Shown here in pieces: positions 52,824 to 61,193 of a stretch of 64,000 bases of DNA (position 1 is its first letter; each line of letters begins with the position of its first letter). The translations under genes and the position numbers were made by a program. Source of the DNA: a virus (Duplodnaviria > Caudoviricetes); IMG/VR virus record IMGVR_UViG_3300037780_000050, positions 19,899 to 83,898 of that record, one strand, 5' to 3'. The notes beneath the pieces were generated by a model. The model searched no databases and had not been told where the DNA came from. It worked only from the letters and a program-made list of their open reading frames with translations.

Positions 52824-55771
52824 AGCACCGCACCCCGCGCCAGATCCAGAAGTTCTTGGATGAGAATCTCTACCGGTTCGATCTCCCGAGCCAGTATTAC
52901 GGCGACGAGCCCAACGCCTACGGCAAGGAGTGGGCCGACGGTCAGGCCCGATGGTTGATCGCTGCGTCGTGGCCATACGAGCAGGCCGCGGGCAATCAGT
53001 CCATCCCCGCGGTCTACAAGCAGATCAACGATGCCGAGCGAGGGCTCGCCGACCGGTGGTATCTGCCCAACACCCCGAGAGACATGGGGTTCTTCGAGAA
53101 GTCGGACATCCCCATCTTCGGCATCGAGTCCAAGCGCCAGGCCAGCGACTTCGACATCGTGGCCACATCGATCAGCTACCCCGTGCTGATCATCTCGTTC
53201 GTCAAGCAGTTGCTGATGAGCGGTATCCCTGCCGACCGCAAGGTCCGGGCCGAGAGCCCCGAGGCGTGGCCGATGGTCATCATCGGCGGGCAGGCGTATG
53301 GCGCTCCGGGTCCGCTGGAGCCGATCGCGGATGCGATCTGGTGTGGTGAGGTGGAGGAGGAGCCGGGCAATCCCGGCATCCAGACCTTCACCGAGCGGGT
53401 GGCCCAGTTCAAGGCCGTTGGTGTGTGGGACACCGAGCGCAGTCGGTGCTACTACGAGTTGGCCCGAGAGTTCCCCTTCGTCGTGTTCCCCGAGCACACC
53501 GACGTGCACTACGGGTACGAGGACCGGAGTCATGTGGGGTTGGACGAGCCCAGCTTGCAGGTCCAGAGCTACACCATCAACCGATCTGGTCTGAGGGCGC
53601 CGTTCGTCAAGCGGTTCGTCAAGGACATGGACTCCATCGCCCCGCTCGACAACCCACCGCTGCTCTACGCAGATCCAGGGATGGGTGCAGGAGACTTGGA
53701 GGTGGGTCGAGGGTGTCCCGCGTGGTGCTCGTTCTGCGCACTCACGTACCGGCAGAAGCCCTACCGCCAGCGCAGCGTGGGTTACATGACCGACTTCGCG
53801 CAGCGGGTCAAGAACAACCAGGGCGCCACGAGGCTGGTGCCGTTCATGCCCGACTTCCCCATGCACACTCAGCGCCGCGGGCTGATCGCATCGCTGATGG
53901 AGAACGTGAGTGATGAGGTTGATGGCGGGGCCATGCGGGTGGACGACTTCATTGCCGACAACAACTACATCTTGTTGCAGGTCCAGGGCGGTATGGATGC
54001 TCTGACATTGGGCTTGGAGGGCAACAGTCAGCGGATGCGGGATTTCGTGGGCAAGGGTTGCTCCGATGCCGACATCGAGGAGGCGGTGGTTCGAGGCATC
54101 AGCGCAGGCATCACCAAGTTCAAGTTCTTCATGATCTCGAATATGCCGGGCGAGGATGAGGGCGACGTGTTCCGCATCCTGGCGCTGGCCAAGAAGCTCA
54201 GCGACATTCGTGAGCGCATGGGCAAGCCCAAGGTCCAGTTCCAGTTCTCGTGGACTCCGATGTTGATCGAGGCCAACACTCCGTTCCAGTGGTTCGCTCC
54301 CGCCACCAACACCCGGGCGCTGACCGACGTGTGGGAGGAGTTCAGAGATCTCAATGTGCAGTTCAAGCTGGGGGGCAAGAGCGAGTCCAACAAGGCCACG
54401 TTCTTCCAGCTTTGTCAGCGTGTGGGGAGGCTAGGGGGTGAGGCCATCCTGGCGGTGTGCGAGGCCATTGCAGCCAACCCAGGAGGTGCTTGCTGGGGAG
54501 GGGTGCCTCGCAAGCGCATCAAGGGCTACGAGATTCCCGAGCGTCCGGGTGAGCCGGTCAACACCGAGCAGGCGTTGGAGTACGAGCTGCGCAAGCGAGG
54601 GTTCCGCAACGGGTTCGGTGACTGCTTCGATGAGCGCTTCAAGGATGATCTGTTCGGATGGGAGCACATCGATCAGGGCATCCACCCCGAGCTGTTGTGG
54701 CGCACGTACGTGCAGATGCGGGAGTTCTTGGAGCAGACCGACAGCCACACCTACGATCAGCAGTTCACCGACGAGGGCTACCGCGGCAACGAGTGGATCG
54801 AGCGCTGCGACACCAAGTGTTACGGCAAGACGTGCGGGACGTGTGATGCCGACGACTTGAAGATCCGGCGCAACTACATCATCGCTGCCCAGAGCGAGGA
54901 CAAGAGGGATCTTCACGAGATCGTGAGCTTGGACGAGCGGTCCAAGGCCGTGAAGGTCCGTGCCCGGCTGCACAAGAGCGAGGATCGCAGGTTCATCACC
55001 AACGACCACTGGCGGTTCCATGTTCGCCGAGCCGCATACCTGGCGCTGCAAGATCTTGAAGTCACCGACTTCACGATCACCAAGCGGTCGATCCGCTTTG
55101 CCAGCGATGGGTTGGAGTACCGGGACTGGACGTGCGGTGTGGACTACGTGGAGTTCGCGTTCACCAGGGCTCTGGGCCGCAAGCGCATCGCTGTGATCAT
55201 GGAGGCCATGAATCGTCACATGCGGGGCATTCAGCTCGACACTGAGGCGTGGAGCGTGTATCCGCCCACGAGTGCCAGTCTGCGCAGTGATGTGGATCTG
55301 AGCTTGTGGAGTGTGCCGCTGCGTGACGAGCCGGGCGTGGTTCTCAGGGCTATCGAGGCGTGGCATTCCAGCGACTACGTGAAGATGATCATGCTCAAGG
55401 AGCAGACGTTCTTCGAGAGCGGTCACAGCGTGGTCAATGCCAAGGACTACTGCGAGGACGTGTGGTTGGCCCGAGATGGAACTGATCTGGTCGTCAAGAT
55501 GATGATCCGAGGCAAGGCCAGCCCCTACGCCGTGCTCGCTGCGTTGTTGGGCAAGAGTTCGTGGATCGAGGCCGCGTCGCTGCCCGCGCGGCGGTTGGAG
55601 TCGTTCTTGGAGTGGGACGAGGACCAGACCGACTTCTTCCGCCCCAGCAGCGTGGTGAGCGGGTCTTCCATCCCCGTGAATCCTCTGGATCAGCCGTTCC
55701 ACCCCGAGTACACCCCGAAGGAGCTGGACGAGGCCCAGGGGTATCTGGTGTCATCGCTGGCGTTCCGGTAG
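52820..55771 (+). CDS. large radical SAM protein (TIGR03960-like) fused to a TIGR03936/DUF2344-like domain
   Basis: PSQYYGDEPN, FGIESKRQASDFDIV, IIGG, EVGRGCPAWCSFC (CxxxCxxC), RVDD, EGNSQRMR; C-terminal KVRARLHK and RFI. Confidence 0.85.
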   Translation: MKHRTPRQIQKFLDENLYRFDLPSQYYGDEPNAYGKEWADGQARWLIAASWPYEQAAGNQSIPAVYKQINDAERGLADRWYLPNTPRDMGFFEKSDIPIFGIESKRQASDFDIVATSISYPVLIISFVKQLLMSGIPADRKVRAESPEAWPMVIIGGQAYGAPGPLEPIADAIWCGEVEEEPGNPGIQTFTERVAQFKAVGVWDTERSRCYYELAREFPFVVFPEHTDVHYGYEDRSHVGLDEPSLQVQSYTINRSGLRAPFVKRFVKDMDSIAPLDNPPLLYADPGMGAGDLEVGRGCPAWCSFCALTYRQKPYRQRSVGYMTDFAQRVKNNQGATRLVPFMPDFPMHTQRRGLIASLMENVSDEVDGGAMRVDDFIADNNYILLQVQGGMDALTLGLEGNSQRMRDFVGKGCSDADIEEAVVRGISAGITKFKFFMISNMPGEDEGDVFRILALAKKLSDIRERMGKPKVQFQFSWTPMLIEANTPFQWFAPATNTRALTDVWEEFRDLNVQFKLGGKSESNKATFFQLCQRVGRLGGEAILAVCEAIAANPGGACWGGVPRKRIKGYEIPERPGEPVNTEQALEYELRKRGFRNGFGDCFDERFKDDLFGWEHIDQGIHPELLWRTYVQMREFLEQTDSHTYDQQFTDEGYRGNEWIERCDTKCYGKTCGTCDADDLKIRRNYIIAAQSEDKRDLHEIVSLDERSKAVKVRARLHKSEDRRFITNDHWRFHVRRAAYLALQDLEVTDFTITKRSIRFASDGLEYRDWTCGVDYVEFAFTRALGRKRIAVIMEAMNRHMRGIQLDTEAWSVYPPTSASLRSDVDLSLWSVPLRDEPGVVLRAIEAWHSSDYVKMIMLKEQTFFESGHSVVNAKDYCEDVWLARDGTDLVVKMMIRGKASPYAVLAALLGKSSWIEAASLPARRLESFLEWDEDQTDFFRPSSVVSGSSIPVNPLDQPFHPEYTPKELDEAQGYLVSSLAFR

Positions 55772-55787
55772 AGAGCATGATGGTGAG

Positions 55788-56006
55788 ATGCTCGATCCCA
55801 AGAGGCGTTCTCCGAATCACCCGGAGCTTGTCCAAGACGACGATGGGAACTGGTGGGAGGTCATCTCAGATGATGGGGGTGGTCTCACTACGTTGGAGGC
55901 AATCGCGGCCTACTTGGTAGGCGTGGCTGTTGTCGTTGGTTCGTCGTTGTACGTGTGGGCCATGGTCCGAGGTTTACGTGGTCTGGTGAGGATGGTGTTG
56001 AATTGA
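55788..56006 (+). CDS. small membrane protein
   Basis: C-terminal TM helix. Confidence 0.5.
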   Translation: MLDPKRRSPNHPELVQDDDGNWWEVISDDGGGLTTLEAIAAYLVGVAVVVGSSLYVWAMVRGLRGLVRMVLN

Positions 56007-56815
56007 TCAGGGCAGAGGTAGTGGCAGACAGCATCACTTCGGATGGGTCGAGGCTGACCACTGTGGTGGGGACGTGCCACCGGTTCGTGCTGGCCGAGCT
56101 GAACACTCATCGGGTGTTCAGTCGCAACAGCGCCAGCAGTCGAGCCATCCCAACCCACAAGCGCATCGCGCAGGTGCTGGACGATCCGGCGATCCCCATC
56201 GAGTTCGGCTCCAATCAGGCCGGAATGCAGGCCGGTGCTCCCATCGAGGACGAGGACAAGGCCCGCAACGAGTGGCTCCGGGCGCGTGATGCCGCGGTCG
56301 AGCACGCTTCGGCGTTGTTGGAGATGGGCGTCCACAAGCAGGTCGTCAACCGGGTGCTGGAGCCATTCATGTGGCACACCGTGGTGATCAGCAGCACCTA
56401 CTGGGAGAACTTCTTCGACCAGCGATGCAGCCCGCTGGCTCAGCCTGAGATCCGTGCGTTCGCCGAGGTTGTGCGGGGCGCCATCGAAGGCAGTGAGCCG
56501 GATTGGCTCACCCCGGGCGAGTGGCATCTTCCATTCACGCGAGATTCCACCTATGCGGACACGTATGAGCAGATCAGGGTGTCGGTGGCGCGTTGCGCTC
56601 GCACGAGCTACGAGACGCACGATGGCGAGATCGACGTAGCGAAAGATCTGGAGCTGTACCAGAAGCTGGTGAATGCCCGACCTATGCACGCCAGCCCATT
56701 GGAGCATGTGGCGTGCGTCTTGGTTGAGCCGCTGGGTACGAGCAATTTCTACCCCAGGTGGGAGCAGTGGCGGTCGACGGTGGAGAAGAACCGAGGGTTG
56801 GAGACGCGTCGATGA
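56003..56815 (+). CDS. thyX: FAD-dependent thymidylate synthase
   Basis: VADSI, RLTT, HRFVLAELNTHRVFSRNSASSRAIP and HASPLEH; start uncertain (TTG 56003). Confidence 0.85.
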   Translation: MIRAEVVADSITSDGSRLTTVVGTCHRFVLAELNTHRVFSRNSASSRAIPTHKRIAQVLDDPAIPIEFGSNQAGMQAGAPIEDEDKARNEWLRARDAAVEHASALLEMGVHKQVVNRVLEPFMWHTVVISSTYWENFFDQRCSPLAQPEIRAFAEVVRGAIEGSEPDWLTPGEWHLPFTRDSTYADTYEQIRVSVARCARTSYETHDGEIDVAKDLELYQKLVNARPMHASPLEHVACVLVEPLGTSNFYPRWEQWRSTVEKNRGLETRR

Positions 56816-57045
56816 GTCTCGTCGTTCTGTGTCCCGACCCCGAGTGTGGTGGGGAGTGCGAGGTCGAGCAGGATGGTGACCACCGGTACTTCGAGTGCAT
56901 CGAGTGCGGCTACAGCTTCGGCTACGAGCGCCAGTTGCAAGATCTGACCACCGACACGTGCGCTATCGGTGTTCCCATCGAGATCCGACAGCGTGCCATG
57001 GGTGAGCCGACGTCTGTGCCGGTGACGCTCACCAAGAAGGGGTAG
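56812..57045 (+). CDS. small Zn-ribbon protein
   Basis: CPDPEC and CIEC. Confidence 0.6.
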   Translation: MSLVVLCPDPECGGECEVEQDGDHRYFECIECGYSFGYERQLQDLTTDTCAIGVPIEIRQRAMGEPTSVPVTLTKKG

Positions 57046-57049
57046 GGGC

Positions 57050-58201
57050 ATGAGCTTGGCCATCAAGTACCGTCCCCGAAGTTTCCAAGCTACGAGCGGT
57101 CAGAAGCCCGTGAGGGTGGTGCTGCGCCAGATGGTGCGCACCATGCAGGTGCCCAACGCTCTGTTGTTCACCGGGAGCAGGGGCACGGGCAAGACGACCA
57201 CGGCGCGGGTGCTGGCCGCAGCGCTCAACGCTTCGCTCGATGGCGATGTGGATCCAGAGTCTGCTGTGGCGCAATCGATCTTGGACGGGCGCAGCACCGA
57301 TGTGATCGAGCTGGACGCTGCCAGCAACGGTGGCGTGGACAGTGTGCGGGAGATCAGGGAGCTGGTCCAGTACGAGCCCCAGGGGTGGCGTGTGGTGATT
57401 CTGGACGAGGCCCACTCCATGACCCGGGAGGCGTTCAACGCACTGCTCAAGACGCTGGAGGAGCCGCCACCGAGGACCGTGTTCGTGTTGGTGACCACCG
57501 AGCCGCAGCGCATCATCGAGACCGTTCGCAGCAGGTGCATGGAGTTCGTGTTCACGAGGTTGAGCGTGGCCGACATCGTGGCCCGGCTGCGGGAGGTGGC
57601 TGACGCCGAGGAGATGCAGATCAGCGACGAGCTGCTGCACCACTTGGCTGGTCTGGTGCAGGGTGCCATGCGTGATGCACTGATGCTGCTCGATCAGTGT
57701 CGGGTGGTCGGCATCGAGACCGTGGAGGCGTGGCAGGAGTTCAGCGGTGAGGCCGATGTGGCTCCGAAGATCTTGTTGGCGTGCGTCCGAGGGGATATGG
57801 CGGGTGCGTTCAGCGCGGTGAGCGAGGCACTGCAATCGACGGGAGACGTAACTGGTCTGGTGGATGCGATCATCGCAACGCTGCGCGACGTGACGCTGCT
57901 CCAGGCAGACATCGCAATCACAGCCACAGGGCAGGGGTTCATCGACCGTCAGGCGCTGGCCACCATGATCGAGCCCATGAGGCTGCCGATGGCGTTCAGG
58001 GTGCTGTGGGGGCTTCGTAGTGGTCTCCGACTAGGGTCGGGGCGTCGTGAGGATGTCGAGCTGTGTGCCGCGGTGCTGAGCGATGTGCTGTGCCTACAGA
58101 AGCCCCAACCAACGCCACCGCCACACTCCAATGTGTTGCCGTGCTCGACATCTGCCGATGATGAAGAAGTGACTCTGGACGACATGAGGAGCATGACATG
58201 A
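57050..58201 (+). CDS. dnaX: DNA polymerase III gamma/tau-like clamp loader ATPase (domains I-III)
   Basis: LAIKYRPRSF, GSRGTGKTTTAR, ELDAASNGGVD, ILDEAHSM, AFNALLKTLEEPP and TVRSRC. Confidence 0.93.
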   Translation: MSLAIKYRPRSFQATSGQKPVRVVLRQMVRTMQVPNALLFTGSRGTGKTTTARVLAAALNASLDGDVDPESAVAQSILDGRSTDVIELDAASNGGVDSVREIRELVQYEPQGWRVVILDEAHSMTREAFNALLKTLEEPPPRTVFVLVTTEPQRIIETVRSRCMEFVFTRLSVADIVARLREVADAEEMQISDELLHHLAGLVQGAMRDALMLLDQCRVVGIETVEAWQEFSGEADVAPKILLACVRGDMAGAFSAVSEALQSTGDVTGLVDAIIATLRDVTLLQADIAITATGQGFIDRQALATMIEPMRLPMAFRVLWGLRSGLRLGSGRREDVELCAAVLSDVLCLQKPQPTPPPHSNVLPCSTSADDEEVTLDDMRSMT

Positions 58202-58341
58202 GCCGCAGTAAGACCACCGACGAGACCCCCGAGCAGCCCCAGCAGAACGCCGGGTTCAACGCCGAGGAAGACGAGGCCGCAGAGGAGACTCCCGAGGCCC
58301 CCCAGCCAGCGACGTGGAATCCCAGGTCACAGCAGGGCTGA
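58198..58341 (+). CDS. 47-aa acidic peptide
   Basis: ATGA-coupled; GAGGAG RBS. Confidence 0.4.
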   Translation: MSRSKTTDETPEQPQQNAGFNAEEDEAAEETPEAPQPATWNPRSQQG

Positions 58342-58345
58342 GCTG

Positions 58346-59074
58346 GTGCTGGTCTCCATCGGATGCATGATGCGGGACGCCGGTCCCTACTTCACGCGGT
58401 GGAGAGGTCAGATCGAGCGAGCCGCCATGTACCTGGCCAACCAGGGCGATCAGGTGGTCTGTGTGGTGCTGGAGAACGACTCCACCGACGACACCCGGGA
58501 CAGGCTGCGTCAGTTCGCCGAGACCACCGAGTTCGAGGTGGTCTGGACGAGTGTCGAGACCGGCTCCAACTACTGGCCCAGTGTCGACCACCCAGACCGA
58601 TGGAGGCACTTGGCCAGGCTGTGTGAGAAGGTCAGGTTGCTCCAGGCAGGGACCGGTGCCGACACTCACGTGTACGTGGAGTGTGACCTTCGCTGGGACC
58701 CCAAGACCGTGGCTGATCTGGTCAAGCTGTCCCAGCACCAGCCTCACGCCGCGTTCAGCCCCATGCTGATGTGCGACTGGGACAGGAGCCGGTACTACGA
58801 CACGTGGGGCACCGAGGGCATCGATGGGGTGTGCTTCACTGCGGAGCCGCCCCACCACGACCATCTTCGAGGTGCTGAGTACGTGAACGTGAACAGCGTG
58901 GCAGGCATGACCGTGGTCAGCGACACCATCCTGAGGAACACCACGTGGGTGGATGAGCACAGACCAGAGTGCTACCGCACGTGGAACAGGTCGATGAGAG
59001 AGGCAGGGTACGGAGTGGTGCTGAGCAAGTGGCACTACGTGTACCACCCAGAGCCGAGCGAGTTGAGGGGGTAG
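58346..59074 (+). CDS. GT-A fold glycosyltransferase
   Basis: VLENDSTDDT, RWRHLARL, YVECDL (DxD-like) and YYDTWG. Confidence 0.7.
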   Translation: MLVSIGCMMRDAGPYFTRWRGQIERAAMYLANQGDQVVCVVLENDSTDDTRDRLRQFAETTEFEVVWTSVETGSNYWPSVDHPDRWRHLARLCEKVRLLQAGTGADTHVYVECDLRWDPKTVADLVKLSQHQPHAAFSPMLMCDWDRSRYYDTWGTEGIDGVCFTAEPPHHDHLRGAEYVNVNSVAGMTVVSDTILRNTTWVDEHRPECYRTWNRSMREAGYGVVLSKWHYVYHPEPSELRG

Positions 59075-59078
59075 GGGT

Positions 59079-59957
59079 ATGGAGATGGAGTGGGATTTCG
59101 ATACCGATATCGCTCTACGTGGGCCAGTTCGAGGCCGTCCTTTCAAGCTGGCACTGGTACTGAGTGCAGGATCTAACACTAGATTGGAGGGAGTGTGTCC
59201 TCCTGGCGGTAAGGCCCATGTCGAGTTGGGAGACGGCACTACTCCGTGGCTGCGCACCAAGTCCATGCTGATGGAGCGAGGTTGGCTGCCAGTGCTGGTC
59301 GAGTTGGACTCCAACCGCAGCGGTGATGAGTGGGCGATCTATGTGGACCACAGCCATGGCCCGGCGTGGGCTGTGCGTGAGGCACTGCATGTGCTGGGCA
59401 TCGACTACGCCAAGTACCAGTTGCTGGTCTGGTATGGAGACACCGTGCTCACCGAGTGGGACGAGCCGCAGACCCAGAACTACACCGTGTGCGCGACCGA
59501 GCCACTAGGTGTTGGCCGTGGAAGGGGTAGGGGTTATGAACGTGATTGGGATTGGGGATCTGGTTTCGCCCAACCTTTGACGCGCGGTAGGAGGGGTACG
59601 GGTAGTAAATCCACTCCAAAAAGGGGTACGGGTTCCGCCCAACCTATGGAATCAAAAAGCGATTTCGCCCAACCTGTGCGAAATTGGCCATGTGTAGGTA
59701 TTTACCATTTCCGTTCCCCAGAAATATGGATTCAAGCCTTCGATGAAGTCGTTCCGGCTTTCCAAGACCCCGAAACCGAATCCTACGGAGGTCTGGAAGT
59801 GGGGATGGTCGAAATCGCCAACCGTTACGCCGAGATCGAGAAATCTTCCATCGGAGGCTTGCGCGCGCTCCAGATCATCGATGTGACAACATGGCTCGAT
59901 GTTGGAGACGTAGGATCTCTCAACGACGTTCGAGAATCGCTGGAGGCGGCACCATGA
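59079..59957 (+). CDS. sugar-phosphate nucleotidyltransferase-like protein with atypical internal insert
   Basis: LVLSAGSNTRL, K, WYGD, CVGIYHF and WLDVGD. Confidence 0.7.
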   Translation: MEMEWDFDTDIALRGPVRGRPFKLALVLSAGSNTRLEGVCPPGGKAHVELGDGTTPWLRTKSMLMERGWLPVLVELDSNRSGDEWAIYVDHSHGPAWAVREALHVLGIDYAKYQLLVWYGDTVLTEWDEPQTQNYTVCATEPLGVGRGRGRGYERDWDWGSGFAQPLTRGRRGTGSKSTPKRGTGSAQPMESKSDFAQPVRNWPCVGIYHFRSPEIWIQAFDEVVPAFQDPETESYGGLEVGMVEIANRYAEIEKSSIGGLRALQIIDVTTWLDVGDVGSLNDVRESLEAAP

Positions 59958-60493
59958 ACGAGTTCGACCCCGAGGCAGCAGGGATCAACCCCGACGTGCT
60001 GGACGAGTTGGATGAGCAACTTCGCCGAGATCGGGCTGTGCAGGATCGCCAGGTCATCCATGAGCATCGCCAGCCGCTCCCCGAGGGCACCTACCGACTC
60101 CCCGACAACATGGCGGGTGTGGAGAACACCCAGTTCATGGATCTCTACGACACCATCATCTCGAACCTTCACTACGAGGCCCGAGACGCAGGTCGCCAGA
60201 TGACGACCTTCGAGCAGTTGCTGCTGGAGCGAGTGGCCTTCATGTACGTGTACGTTCGCTTCGCCGAAGCTCAGGGAGAGTTCAACGGGGCGCTCCAGCA
60301 CCGTCAGGCCAACCAGTTCTGGCTGGAGATGAGCAAGGAGTTCGAGGAGCGCACCAAGCCGACCGACACGGCGCGCTTCGCCAAGACGATCCAGAAGGCG
60401 TTCACCCAGGCGCTCGATGCCATCGATGACCCGGTGACCAGAAGCCGAGTCGGAGAGATCTTCGGACAAGGCTTGGAACAAGCTGGTCTGTGA
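59954..60493 (+). CDS. hypothetical helical protein, last gene before the repeat region
   Basis: GGAGG RBS; ATGA-coupled. Confidence 0.6.
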   Translation: MNEFDPEAAGINPDVLDELDEQLRRDRAVQDRQVIHEHRQPLPEGTYRLPDNMAGVENTQFMDLYDTIISNLHYEARDAGRQMTTFEQLLLERVAFMYVYVRFAEAQGEFNGALQHRQANQFWLEMSKEFEERTKPTDTARFAKTIQKAFTQALDAIDDPVTRSRVGEIFGQGLEQAGL

Positions 60494-60500
60494 CCAACGA

Positions 60501-60620
60501 TTCGTAGAACTTCGTAGAACTAGTCCGAAGTAGATCGAGATTCGTAGAACTGGTTCGATGTCGCTCGAAAGTTCGTAGAACTGGTCGAACTTCGTAGAAC
60601 TACTTAGAACTAGTTGGAAG
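60501..60620 (+). repeat. array of 10-bp TTCGTAGAAC direct repeats, iteron-like
   Basis: Exact copies at 60501, 60511, 60541, 60572 and 60591, plus degenerate copies; lower GC. Confidence 0.85.
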
Positions 60621-60675
60621 TAGATGAACTTCGCGCTATCTCGGTAGTGAGACCCATTCCCATCCTCACTCTCCG

Positions 60676-60774
60676 TGGTCGACCACTCAGAGTGGTCAGA
60701 CGACCACTCTGCGTGACCGTCACGCGGGGTGGGAATATCACCCCGCGTGGTGCCACAGCGCGTGGGAATATCAC
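60676..60774. repeat. cluster of palindromes and short repeats
   Basis: GACCACTC-A-GAGTGGTC; AGAGTGGTC/GACCACTCT; CACGCGGGGTG-GGAATAT-CACCCCGCGTG; GTGGGAATATCAC twice. Confidence 0.8.
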
Positions 60775-61062
60775 GGTGCGCGGCGGGGCCCGCAACCGGC
60801 CCCGATGCGAAGCGCCGGTTTGAGCGCGCCAGGGCACGAAGCGGCCCCCGACCACGGTGCGAGCGCGCACCGCCGACACAGCGGCCCGGGCCGTAGCTGG
60901 GAACGAAGCGCGCCACAGCGCAGCGGCCCACAGCGGGCCGCGCAGCAATGCGAGCGCGAAGCGGCCCACAGCGGGCCGGTATGTAGGTGGTCAGTCGATG
61001 AGCGGCCCCCGATGCGGTGGCGGGTATGGCGAAATACGGCCCCACCGGGGGCCGATGCGAGC

Positions 61063-61098
61063 ACCGTAGGCCCCCGGTGGGCCGCTCGCAACCTACGG
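61063..61098 (-). promoter_or_regulatory. leftward SigA-type promoter, inverted partial copy of the early promoter module
   Basis: Minus strand reads CCGTAGG-TTGCGA-17-TACGGT; 17 nt identical to the module core. Confidence 0.55.
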
Positions 61099-61193
61099 GC
61101 CGCACTATCGGCCCGGTGGGGCCGCTCATTAGGGGCCGATGCCCCGCGTGCATAGATAGGCGCGAGCGGCCCACAGCGGCCCCCGATGCGAGC

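Noticed and set aside
57050-58201. E. coli-like dnaX programmed frameshift
   Set aside because: No A-AAA-AAG slippery site, and no downstream tau domain IV-V reading frame.
60501-60620. TTCGTAGAAC array as a mini-CRISPR or LexA boxes
   Set aside because: Units are 10 bp with no unique spacers of regular length, and the arrangement does not match GAAC-N4-GTTC.
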